Positions 32,201 to 47,200 of a DNA stretch of 64,000 nt are shown here, piece by piece. Below the pieces are notes generated by a model that saw nothing but the letters and a program-made list of their open reading frames with translations, was not told the origin of the DNA and searched no databases. The first letter of the stretch is position 1. Each line of letters begins with the position of its first letter. Location: assembly GCA_964016885.1 (NCBI GenBank), contig OZ024745.1, positions 47,058,001 through 47,122,000 of the forward strand, written 5' to 3'. The DNA is from Eledone cirrhosa (lineage: Eukaryota). The position numbers and the translations under genes are program-made.

Positions 32201-35200
32201 TTATCATGACACCAGCACTACCACCTTACAGTGTGTACTGGGAACATTTTATCATGACACCAGCACTACCACCTTACAGTGTGAACTGGGAGCATGTTAT
32301 CATGACACCAGCACTACCACCTTACAGTGTGAACTGGGAGCATTTTATCATGACACCAGCACTACCACCTTACAGTGTGTACTGGGAGCATTTTATCATG
32401 ACACCAGCACTACCAGCTTACAGTGTCAACTAGGAGCATTTTCTCATGACACCAGCACTACCACCTTACAGTGTAAACTAGGAACATTTTATCATGACAC
32501 CAGCACTACCACCTTACAGTGTGAACTGGGAGCATGTTATCATGACACCAGCACTACCACCTTACAGTGTGAACTGGGAACATTTTATCATGACACCAGC
32601 ACTACCACCTTACAGTGTGAACTAGGAGCATTTTATCATGACACCAGCACTACCACCTTACAGTGTGAACTAGGAGCATTTTATCATGACACCAGCACTA
32701 CCACCTTACAGTATGAACTGGGAGCATGTTATCATGACACCAGCACTACCACCTTACAGTGTGTACTGGGAACATTTTATCATGACACCAGCACTACCAC
32801 CTGACAGTGTGAACTAGGAGCATGTTATCATGACACCAGCACTACCACCTTACAGTGTGTACTGGGAACATTTTATCATGACACCAGCACTACCAACTTA
32901 CAGAGTGAACTAGGAGCATTTTATCATGACACCAGCACTACCACCTTACTGTGTGTACTGGGAACATTTTATCATGACACCAGCACTACCACCTTACAGT
33001 GTGAACTAGGAACATTTTATCATGACACCAGCACTACCACCTTACAGTGTGAACTGGGAGCATGTTATCATGACACCAGCACTACCACCTTACAGTGTGA
33101 ACTAGGAACATTTTATCATGACACCAGCACTACCACCTTACAGTGTGAACTGGGAGCATGTTATCATGACACCAGCACTACCACCTTACAGTGTGAACTG
33201 GGAACATTTTATCATGACACCAGCACTACCACCTTACAGTGTGAACTAGGAACATTTTATCATGACACCAGCACTACCACCTTACAGTGTGTACTGGGAG
33301 CATGTTATCATGACACCAACACTACCACCTTACAGTGTGAACTGGGAGCATTTTATCATGACACCAGCACTACAACCTTACAGTGCGTACTGGGTACATT
33401 TTATCATGACACCAGCACTACCACCTTACAGTGTGAACTAGGAGCATTTTATAATGACACCAGCACTACCACCTTACAGTGTGTACTGGGAACATTTTAT
33501 CATGACACCAGCACTACCACCTTACAGTGTGTACTGGGAACATTTTATCATGACACCAGCACTACCACCTTACAGTGTGAACTGGGAGCATGTTATCATG
33601 ACACCAGCACTACCACCTTACAGTGTGAACTGGGAGCATTTTATCATGACACCAGCACTACCACCTTACAGTGTGTACTGGGAGCATTTTATCATGACAC
33701 CAGCACTACCAGCTTACAGTGTCAACTAGGAGCATTTTCTCATGACACCAGCACTACCACCTTACAGTGTGAACTAGGAACATTTTATCATGACACCAGC
33801 ACTACCACTTTACAGTGTGAACTGGGAGCATGTTATCATGACACCAGCACTACCACCTTACAGTGTGAACTAGGAGCATTTTATCATGACACCAGCACTA
33901 CAACCTTACAGTGTGAACTGGGAACATTTTATCATGACACCAGCACTACCACCTTACAGTGTGAACTAGGAACATTTTATCATGAAACCAGCACTACCAC
34001 CTTACAGTGTGAACTAGGAACATTTTATCATGACACTAGCACTACCACCTTACAGTGTGAACTAGGAACATTTTATCATGACACCAGCACTACCACCTTA
34101 CAGTGTGTACTGGGAGCATGTTATCATGTCACCAGCACTACCACCTTACAGTGTGTACTGGGAACATGTTATCATGACACCAGCACTACCACCTTACAGT
34201 CTGTACTGGGAGCATGTTATCATGACACCAGCACTACCACCTTACAGTGTGAACTGGGAGCATTTTATCATGACACCAGCACTACCACCTTACAGTGTCA
34301 ACTAGGAGCATTTTATCATGACACCAGCACTACCACCTTACAGTGTGAACTGGGAGCATGTTATCATGACACCAGCACTACCACCTTACTGTGTGTACTG
34401 GGAACATTTTATCATGACACCAGCACTACCACCTTACAGTGTGAACTAGGAACATTTTATCATGACACCAGCACTACCACCTTACAGTGTCAACTAGGAG
34501 CATTTTATCATGACACCAGCACTACCACCTTACAGTGTGTACTGGGAGCATGTTATCATGACACCAACACTACCACCTTACAGTGTGAACTGGGAGCATG
34601 TTATCATGACACCAGCACTACCACCTTACAGTGTGTACTGGGAACATTTTATCATGACACCAGCACTACCACCTTACAGTGTGAACTGGGAACATTTTAT
34701 CATGACGCCAGCACTACCACCTTACAGTGTGAACTAGGAGCATTTTATCATGACACCAGCACTACCACCTTACAGTGTGAACTGGGAGCATGTTATCATG
34801 ACACCAGCACTACCACCTTACAGTGTGAACTGGGAACATTTTATCATGACACCAGCACTACCACCTTACAGTGTGAACTAGGAACATTTTATCATGACAC
34901 CAGCACTACCACCTTACAGTGTGTACTGGGAGCATGTTATCATGACACCAACACTACCACCTTACAGTGTGAACTGGGAGCATTTTATCATGACACCAGC
35001 ACTACCACCGTACAGTGCGTACTGGGAACATTTTATCATGACACCAGCACTACCACCTTACAGTGTGAACTAGGAGCATTTTATCATGACACCAGCACTA
35101 CCACCTTACAGTGTGTACTGGGAACATTTTATCATGACACCAGCACTACCACCTTACAGTGTGTACTGGGAACATTTTATCATGACACCAGCACTACCAC

Positions 35201-38200
35201 CTTACAGTGTGAACTGGGAGCATGTTATCATGACACCAGCACTACCACCTTACAGTGTGAACTGGGAGCATTTTATCATGACACCAGCACTACCACCTTA
35301 CAGTGTGTACTGGGAGCATTTTATCATGACACCAGCACTACCAGCTTACAGTGTCAACTAGGAGCATTTTCTCATGACACCAGCACTACCACCTTACAGT
35401 GTAAACTAGGAACATTTTATCATGACACCAGCACTACCACCTTACAGTGTGAACTGGGAGCATGTTATCATGACACCAGCACTACCACCTTACAGTGTGA
35501 ACTGGGAACATTTTATCATGACACCAGCACTACCACCTTACAGTGTGAACTAGGAGCATTTTATCATGACACCAGCACTACCACCTTACAGTGTGAACTA
35601 GGAGCATTTTATCATGACACCAGCACTACCACCTTACAGTATGAACTGGGAGCATGTTATCATGACACCAGCACTACCACCTTACAGTGTGTACTGGGAA
35701 CATTTTATCATGACACCAGCACTACCACCTGACAGTGTGAACTAGGAGCATGTTATCATGACACCAGCACTACCACCTTACAGTGTGAACTAGGAACATT
35801 TTATCATGACACCAGCACTACCACCTTACAGTGTGAACTAGGAGCATTTTATCATGACATCAGCACTACCACCTTACTGTGTGTACTGGGAACATTTTAT
35901 CATGACACCAGCACTACCACCTTACAGTGTGAACTAGGAACATTTTATCATGACACCAGCACTACCACCTTACAGTGTCAACTAGGAGCATTTTATCATG
36001 ACACCAGCACTACCACCTTACAGTGTGTACTGGGAGCATGTTATCATGACACCAACACTACCACCTTACAGTGTGAACTGGGAGCATGTTATCATGACAC
36101 CAGCACTACCACCTTACAGTGTGTACTGGGAACATTTTATCATGACACCAGCACTACCACCTTACAGTGTGAACTGGGAACATTTTATCATGACGCCAGC
36201 ACTACCACCTTACAGTGTGAACTAGGAGCATTTTATCATGACACCAGCACTACCACCTTACAGTGTGAACTGGGAGCATGTTATCATGACACCAGCACTA
36301 CCACCTTACAGTGTGAACTAGGAACATTTTATCACGACACCAGCACTACCACCTTACAGTGTGAACTAGGAACATTTTATCATGACACCAGCACTACCAC
36401 CTTACAGTGTGAACTAGGAGCATTTTATCATGACACCAGCACTACCACCTTACTGTGTGTACTGGGAACATTTTATCATGACACCAGCACTACCACCTTA
36501 CAGTGTGAACTAGGAACATTTTATCATGACACCAGCACTACCACCTTACAGTGTGAACTGGGAGCATGTTATCATGACACCAGCACTACCACCTTACAGT
36601 GTGAACTGGGAACATTTTATCATGACACCAGCACTACCACCTTACAGTGTGAACTAGGAACATTTTATCATGACACCAGCACTACCACCTTACAGTGTGT
36701 ACTGGGAGCATGTTATCATGACACCAACACTACCACCTTACAGTGTGAACTGGGAGCATTTTATCATGACACCACCACTACCACCGTACAGTGCGTACTG
36801 GGAATATTTTATCATGACACCAGCACTACCACCTTACAGTGTGTACTAGGAGCATTTTATCATGACACCAGCACTACCACCTTACAGTGTGTACTGGGAA
36901 CATTTTATCATGACACCAGCACTACCACCTTACAGTGTGTACTGGGAACATTTTATCATGACACCAGCACTACCACCTTACAGTGTGAACTGGGAGCATG
37001 TTATCATGACACCAGCACTACCACCTTACAGTGTGAACTGGGAGCATTTTATCATGACACCAGCACTACCACCTTACAGTGTGTACTGGGAGCATTTTAT
37101 CATGACACCAGCACTACCAGCTTACAGTGTCAACTAGGAGCATTTTCTCATGACACCAGCACTACCACCTTACAGTGTAAACTAGGAACATTTTATCATG
37201 ACACCAGCACTACCACCTTATAGTGTGAACTGGGAGCATGTTATCATGACACCAGCACTACCACCTTACAGTGTGAACTAGGAACATTTTATCATGACAC
37301 CAGCACTACCACCTTACAGTGTGAACTAGGAGCATTTTATCATGACATCAGCACTACCACCTTACTGTGTGTACTGGGAACATTTTATCATGACACCAGC
37401 ACTACCACCTTACAGTGTGAACTAGGAACATTTTATCATGACACCAGCACTACCACCTTACAGTGTCAACTAGGAGCATTTTATCATGACACCAGCACTA
37501 CCACCTTACAGTGTGAACTAGGAGCATTTTATCATGACACCAGCACTACCACCTTACTGTGTGTACTGGGAACATTTTATCATGACACCAGCACTACCAC
37601 CTTACAGTGTGAACTAGGAACATTTTATCATGACACCAGCACTACCACCTTACAGTGTGAACTGGGAGCATGTTATCATGACACCAGCACTACCACCTTA
37701 CAGTGTGAACTGGGAACATTTTATCATGACACCAGCACTACCACCTTACAGTGTGAACTAGGAACATTTTATCATGACACCAGCACTACCACCTTACAGT
37801 GTGTACTGGGAGCATTTTATCATGACACCAGCACTACCAGCTTACAGTGTCAACTAGGAGCATTTTCTCATGACACCAGCACTACCACCTTACAGTGTAA
37901 ACTAGGAACATTTTATCATGACACCAGCACTACCACCTTATAGTGTGAACTGGGAGCATGTTATCATGACACCAGCACTACCACCTTACAGTGTGAACTA
38001 GGAACATTTTATCATGACACCAGCACTACCACCTTACAGTGTGAACTAGGAGCATTTTATCATGACATCAGCACTACCACCTTACTGTGTGTACTGGGAA
38101 CATTTTATCATGACACCAGCACTACCACCTTACAGTGTGAACTAGGAACATTTTATCATGACACCAGCACTACCACCTTACAGTGTCAACTAGGAGCATT

Positions 38201-41200
38201 TTATCATGACACCAGCACTACCACCTTACAGTGTGAACTAGGAGCATTTTATCATGACACCAGCACTACCACCTTACTGTGTGTACTGGGAACATTTTAT
38301 CATGACACCAGCACTACCACCTTACAGTGTGAACTAGGAACATTTTATCATGACACCAGCACTACCACCTTACAGTGTGAACTGGGAGCATGTTATCATG
38401 ACACCAGCACTACCACCTTACAGTGTGAACTGGGAACATTTTATCATGACACCAGCACTACCACCTTACAGTGTGAACTAGGAACATTTTATCATGACAC
38501 CAGCACTACCACCTTACAGTGTGTACTGGGAGCATGTTATCATGACACCAACACTACCACCTTACAGTGTGAACTGGGAGCATTTTATCATGACACCACC
38601 ACTACCACCGTACAGTGCGTACTGGGAATATTTTATCATGACACCAGCACTACCACCTTACAGTGTGTACTAGGAGCATTTTATCATGACACCAGCACTA
38701 CCACCTTACAGTGTGTACTGGGAACATTTTATCATGACACCAGCACTACCACCTTACAGTGTGTACTGGGAACATTTTATCATGACACCAGCACTACCAC
38801 CTTACAGTGTGAACTGGGAGCATGTTATCATGACACCAGCACTACCACCTTACAGTGTGAACTGGGAGCATTTTATCATGACACCAGCACTACCACCTTA
38901 CAGTGTGTACTGGGAGCATTTTATCATGACACCAGCACTACCAGCTTACAGTGTCAACTAGGAGCATTTTCTCATGACACCAGCACTACCACCTTACAGT
39001 GTAAACTAGGAACATTTTATCATGACACCAGCACTACCACCTTATAGTGTGAACTGGGAGCATGTTATCATGACACCAGCACTACCACCTTACAGTGTGA
39101 ACTAGGAACATTTTATCATGACACCAGCACTACCACCTTACAGTGTGAACTAGGAGCATTTTATCATGACATCAGCACTACCACCTTACTGTGTGTACTG
39201 GGAACATTTTATCATGACACCAGCACTACCACCTTACAGTGTGAACTAGGAACATTTTATCATGACACCAGCACTACCACCTTACAGTGTCAACTAGGAG
39301 CATTTTATCATGACACCAGCACTACCACCTTACAGTGTGTACTGGGAGCATGTTATCATGACACCAACACTACCACCTTACAGTGTGAACTGGGAGCATG
39401 TTATCATGACACCAGCACTACCACCTTACAGTGTGTACTGGGAACATTTTATCATGACACCAGCACTACCACCTTACAGTGTGAACTGGGAACATTTTAT
39501 CATGACGCCAGCACTACCACCTTACAGTGTGAACTAGGAGCATTTTATCATGACACCAGCACTACCACCTTACAGTGTGAACTGGGAGCATGTTATCATG
39601 ACACCAGCACTACCACCTTACAGTGTGAACTAGGAACATTTTATCACGACACCAGCACTACCACCTTACAGTGTGAACTAGGAACATTTTATCATGACAC
39701 CAGCACTACCACCTTACAGTGTGAACTAGGAGCATTTTATCATGACACCAGCACTACCACCTTACTGTGTGTACTGGGAACATTTTATCATGACACCAGC
39801 ACAACCACCTTACAGTGTGAACTAGGAACATTTTATCATGACACCAGCACTACCACCTTACAGTGTGAACTGGGAGCATGTTATCATGACACCAGCACTA
39901 CCACCTTACAGTGTGAACTGGGAACATTTTATCATGACACCAGCACTACCACCTTACAGTGTGAACTAGGAACATTTTATCATGACACCAGCACTACCAC
40001 CTTACAGTGTGTACTGGGAGCATGTTATCATGACACCAACACTACCACCTTACAGTGTGAACTGGGAGCATTTTATCATGACACCACCACTACCACCGTA
40101 CAGTGCGTACTGGGAATATTTTATCATGACACCAGCACTACCACCTTACAGTGTGTACTAGGAGCATTTTATCATGACACCAGCACTACCACCTTACAGT
40201 GTGTACTGGGAACATTTTATCATGACACCAGCACTACCACCTTACAGTGTGTACTGGGAACATTTTATCATGACACCAGCACTACCACCTTACAGTGTGA
40301 ACTGGGAGCATGTTATCATGACACCAGCACTACCACCTTACAGTGTGAACTGGGAGCATTTTATCATGACACCAGCACTACCACCTTACAGTGTGTACTG
40401 GGAGCATTTTATCATGACACCAGCACTACCAGCTTACAGTGTCAACTAGGAGCATTTTCTCATGACACCAGCACTACCACCTTACAGTGTAAACTAGGAA
40501 CATTTTATCATGACACCAGCACTACCACCTTATAGTGTGAACTGGGAGCATGTTATCATGACACCAGCACTACCACCTTACAGTGTGAACTAGGAGCATT
40601 TTATCATGACACCAGCACTACCACCTTACAGTGTGAACTGGGAACATTTTATCATGACACCAGCACTACCACCTTACAGTGTGAACTAGGAGCATTTTAT
40701 CATGACACCAGCACTACCACCTTACAGTGTGTACTGGGAACATTTTATCATGACACCAGCACTACCACCTTACAGTGTGTACTGGGAGCATGTTATCATG
40801 ACACCAGCACTACCACCTTACAGTGTGAACTAGGAACATTTTATCATGACACCAGCACTACCACCTTACAGTGTGAACTGGGAGCATGTTATCATGACAC
40901 CAGCACTACCACCTTACAGTGTGAACTGGGAACATTTTATCATGACACCAGCACTACCACCTTACAGTGTGAACTAGGAACATTTTATCATGACACCAGC
41001 ACTACCACCTTACAGTGTGTACTGGGAGCATGTTATCATGACACCAAATCTACCACCTTACAGTGTGAACTGGGAGCATTTTATCATGACACCAGCACTA
41101 CCACCGTACAGTGCGTACTGGGAACATTTTATCATGACACCAGCACTACCACCTTACAGTGTGAACTAGGAGCATTTTATCATGACACCAGCACTACCAC

Positions 41201-44200
41201 CTTACAGTGTGTACTGGGAACATTTTATCATGACACCAGCACTACCACCTTACAGTGTGTACTGGGAACATTTTATCATGACACCAGCACTACCACCTTA
41301 CAGTGCGAACTGGGAGCATGTTATCATGACACCAGCACTACCACCTTACAGTGTGAACTGGGAGCATTTTATCATGACACCAGCACTACCACCTTACAGT
41401 GTGTACTGGGAGCATTTTATCATGACACCAGCACTACCAGCTTACAGTGTCAACTAGGAGCATTTTCGCATGACACCAGCACTACCACCTTACAGTGTAA
41501 ACTAGGAACATTTTATCATGACACCAGCACTACCACCTTACAGTGTGAACTGGGAGCATGTTATCATGACACCAGCACTACCACCTTACAGTGTGAACTG
41601 GGAACATTTTATCATGACACCAGCACTACCACCTTACAGTGTGAACTAGGAGCATTTTATCATGACACCAGCACTACCACCTTACAGTGTGAACTAGGAG
41701 CATTTTATCATGACACCAGCACTACCACCTTACAGTATGAACTGGGAGCATGTTATCATGACACCAGCACTACCACCTTACAGTGTGTACTGGGAACATT
41801 TTATCATGACACCAGCACTACCACCTGACAGTGTGAACTAGGAGCATGTTATCATGACACCAGCACTACCACCTTACAGTGTGAACTAGGAACATTTTAT
41901 CATGACACCAGCACTACCACCTTACAGTGTGAACTAGGAGCATTTTATCATGACATCAGCACTACCACCTTACTGTGTGTACTGGGAACATTTTATCATG
42001 ACACCAGCACTACCACCTTACAGTGTGAACTAGGAACATTTTATCATGACACCAGCACTACCACCTTACAGTGTCAACTAGGAGCATTTTATCATGACAC
42101 CAGCACTACCACCTTACAGTGTGTACTGGGAGCATGTTATCATGACACCAACACTACCACCTTACAGTGTGAACTGGGAGCATGTTATCATGACACCAGC
42201 ACTACCACCTTACAGTGTGTACTGGGAACATTTTATCATGACACCAGCACTACCACCTTACAGTGTGAACTGGGAACATTTTATCATGACGCCAGCACTA
42301 CCACCTTACAGTGTGAACTAGGAGCATTTTATCATGACACCAGCACTACCACCTTACAGTGTGAACTGGGAGCATGTTATCATGACACCAGCACTACCAC
42401 CTTACAGTGTGAACTAGGAACATTTTATCACAACACCAGCACTACCACCTTACAGTGTGAACTAGGAACATTTTATCATGACACCAGCACTACCACCTTA
42501 CAGTGTGAACTAGGAGCATTTTATCATGACACCAGCACTACCACCTTACTGTGTGTACTGGGAACATTTTATCATGACACCAGCACTACCACCTTACAGT
42601 GTGAACTAGGAACATTTTATCATGACACCAGCACTACCACCTTACAGTGTGAACTGGGAGCATGTTATCATGACACCAGCACTACCACCTTACAGTGTGA
42701 ACTGGGAACATTTTATCATGACACCAGCACTACCACCTTACAGTGTGAACTAGGAACATTTTATCATGACACCAGCACTACCACCTTACAGTGTGTACTG
42801 GGAGCATGTTATCATGACACCAACACTACCACCTTACAGTGTGAACTGGGAGCATTTTATCATGACACCAGCACTACCACCGTACAGTGCGTACTGGGAA
42901 CATTTTATCATGACACCAGCACTACCACCTTACAGTGTGTACTAGGAGCATTTTATCATGACACCAGCACTACCACCTTACAGTGTGTACTGGGAAAATT
43001 TTATCATGACACTAGCACTACCACCTTACAGTGTGTACTGGGAACATTTTATCATGACACCAGCACTACCACCTTACAGTGTGAACTGGGAGCATGTTAT
43101 CATGACACCAGCACTACCACCTTACAGTGTGAACTGGGAGCATTTTATCATGACACCAGCACTACCACCTTACAGTGTGTACTGGGAGCATTTTATCATG
43201 ACACCAGCACTACCAGCTTACAGTGTCAACTAGGAGCATTTTCTCATGACACCAGCACTACCACCTTACAGTGTAAACTAGGAACATTTTATCATGACAC
43301 CAGCACTACCACCTTATAGTGTGAACTGGGAGCATGTTATCATGACACCAGCACTACCACCTTACAGTGTGAACTAGGAGCATTTTATCATGACACCAGC
43401 ACTACCACCTTACAGTGTGAACTGGGAACATTTTATCATGACACCAGCACTACCACCTTACAGTGTGAACTAGGAGCATTTTATCATGACACCAGCACTA
43501 CCACCTTACAGTGTGTACTGGGAACATTTAATCATGACACCAGCACTACCACCTTACAGTGTGTACTGGGAGCATGTTATCATGTCACCAGCACTACCAC
43601 CTTACAGTGTGTACTGGGAGCATGTTATCATGACACCAGCACTACCACCTTACAGTGTGAACTGGGAGCATTTTATCATGACACCAGCACTACCACCTTA
43701 CAGTGTCAACTAGGAGCATTTTATCATGACACCAGCACTACCACCTTACAGTGTGAACTGGGAGCATGTTATCATGACACCGGCACTACCACCTTACAGT
43801 GTGAACTGGGAACATTTTATCATGACACCAGCACTACCACCTTACAGTGTGAACTAGGAGCATTTTATCATGACACCAGCACTACCACCTTACAGTGTGA
43901 ACTAGGAGCATTTTATCATGACACCAGCACTACCACCTTACAGTGTGAACTGGGAGCATGTTATCATGACACCAGCACTACCACCTTACAGTGTGAACTG
44001 GGAGCATTTTATCATGACACCAGCACTACCAGCTTACAGTGTCAACTAGGAGCATTTTCTCATGACACCAGCACTACCACCTTACAGTGTAAACTAGGAA
44101 CATTTTATCATGACACCAGCACTACCACCTTACAGTGTGAACTGGGAGCATGTTATCATGACACCAGCACTACCACCTTACAGTGTGAACTGGGAACATT

Positions 44201-47200
44201 TTATCATGACACCAGCACTACCACCTTACAGTGTGAACTAGGAACATTTTATCATGACACCAGCACTACCACCTTACAGTGTGTACTGGGAGCATGTTAT
44301 CATGACACCAACACTACCACCTTACAGTGTGAACTGGGAGCATTTTATCATGACACCAGCACTACCACCGTACAGTGCGTACTGGGAACATTTTATCATG
44401 ACACCAGCACTACCACCTTACAGTGTGAACTAGGAGCATTTTATCATGACACCAGCACTACCACCTTACAGTGTGTACTGGGAACATTTTATCATGACAC
44501 CAGCACTACCACCTTACAGTGTGTACTGGGAACATTTTATCATGACACCAGCACTACCACCTTACAGTGTGAACTGGGAGCATGTTATCATGACACCAGC
44601 ACTACCACCTTACAGTGTGAACTGGGAACATTTTATCATGACACCAGCACTACCACCTTACAGTGTGAACTAGGAGCATTTTATCATGACACCAGCACTA
44701 CCACCTTACAGTGTGAACTAGGAGCATTTTATCATGACACCAGCACTACCACCTTACAGTATGAACTGGGAGCATGTTATCATGACACCAGCACTACCAC
44801 CTTACAGTGTGTACTGGGAACATTTTATCATGACACCAGCACTACCACCTGACAGTGTGAACTAGGAGCATGTTATCATGACACCAGCACTACCACCTTA
44901 CAGTGTGAACTAGGAACATTTTATCATGACACCAGCACTACCACCTTACAGTGTGAACTAGGAGCATTTTATCATGACATCAGCACTACCACCTTACTGT
45001 GTGTACTGGGAACATTTTATCATGACACCAGCACTACCACCTTACAGTGTGAACTAGGAACATTTTATCATGACACCAGCACTACCACCTTACAGTGTCA
45101 ACTAGGAGCATTTTATCATGACACCAGCACTACCACCTTACAGTGTGTACTGGGAGCATGTTATCATGACACCAACACTACCACCTTACAGTGTGAACTG
45201 GGAGCATGTTATCATGACACCAGCACTACCACCTTACAGTGTGTACTGGGAACATTTTATCATGACACCAGCACTACCACCTTACAGTGTGAACTGGGAA
45301 CATTTTATCATGACGCCAGCACTACCACCTTACAGTGTGAACTAGGAGCATTTTATCATGACACCAGCACTACCACCTTACAGTGTGAACTGGGAGCATG
45401 TTATCATGACACCAGCACTACCACCTTACAGTGTGAACTAGGAACATTTTATCACAACACCAGCACTACCACCTTACAGTGTGAACTAGGAACATTTTAT
45501 CATGACACCAGCACTACCACCTTACAGTGTGAACTAGGAGCATTTTATCATGACACCAGCACTACCACCTTACTGTGTGTACTGGGAACATTTTATCATG
45601 ACACCAGCACTACCACCTTACAGTGTGAACTAGGAACATTTTATCATGACACCAGCACTACCACCTTACAGTGTGAACTGGGAGCATGTTATCATGACAC
45701 CAGCACTACCACCTTACAGTGTGAACTGGGAACATTTTATCATGACACCAGCACTACCACCTTACAGTGTGAACTAGGAACATTTTATCATGACACCAGC
45801 ACTACCACCTTACAGTGTGTACTGGGAGCATGTTATCATGACACCAACACTACCGCCTTACAGTGTGAACTGGGAGCATTTTATCATGACACCAGCACTA
45901 CCACCGTACAGTGCGTACTGGGAACATTTTATCATGACACCAGCACTACCACCTTACAGTGTGTACTAGGAGCATTTTATCATGACACCAGCACTACCAC
46001 CTTACAGTGTGTACTGGGAAAATTTTATCATGACACTAGCACTACCACCTTACAGTGTGTACTGGGAACATTTTATCATGACACCAGCACTACCACCTTA
46101 CAGTGTGAACTGGGAGCATGTTATCATGACACCAGCACTACCACCTTACAGTGTGAACTGGGAGCATTTTATCATGACACCAGCACTACCACCTTACAGT
46201 GTGTACTGGGAGCATTTTATCATGACACCAGCACTACCAGCTTACAGTGTCAACTAGGAGCATTTTCTCATGACACCAGCACTACCACCTTACAGTGTAA
46301 ACTAGGAACATTTTATCATGACACCAGCACTACCACCTTATAGTGTGAACTGGGAGCATGTTATCATGACACCAGCACTACCACCTTACAGTGTGAACTA
46401 GGAGCATTTTATCATGACACCAGCACTACAACCTTACAGTGTGAACTGGGAACATTTTATCATGACACCAGCACTACCACCTTACAGTGTGAACTAGGAG
46501 CATTTTATCATGACACCAGCACTACCACCTTACAGTGTGTACTGGGAACATTTAATCATGACACCAGCACTACCACCTTACAGTGTGTACTGGGAACATT
46601 TTATCATGACACCAGCACTACCACCTTACAGTGTGTACTGGGAGCATGTTATCATGACACCAGCACTACCACCTTACAGTGTGAACTAGGAACATTTTAT
46701 CATGACACCAGCACTACCACCTTACAGTGTGAACTGGGAGCATGTTATCATGACACCAGCACTACCACCTTACAGTGTGAACTGGGAACATTTTATCATG
46801 ACACCAGCACTACCACCTTACAGTGTGAACTAGGAACATTTTATCATGACACCAGCACTACCACCTTACAGTGTGTACTGGGAGCATGTTATCATGACAC
46901 CAAATCTACCACCTTACAGTGTGAACTGGGAGCATTTTATCATGACACCAGCACTACCACCGTACAGTGCGTACTGGGAACATTTTATCATGACACCAGC
47001 ACTACCACCTTACAGTGTGAACTAGGAGCATTTTATCATGACACCAGCACTACCACCTTACAGTGTGTACTGGGAACATTTTATCATGACACCAGCACTA
47101 CCACCTTACAGTGTGTACTGGGAACATTTTATCATGACACCAGCACTACCACCTTACAGTGCGAACTGGGAGCATGTTATCATGACACCAGCACTACCAC

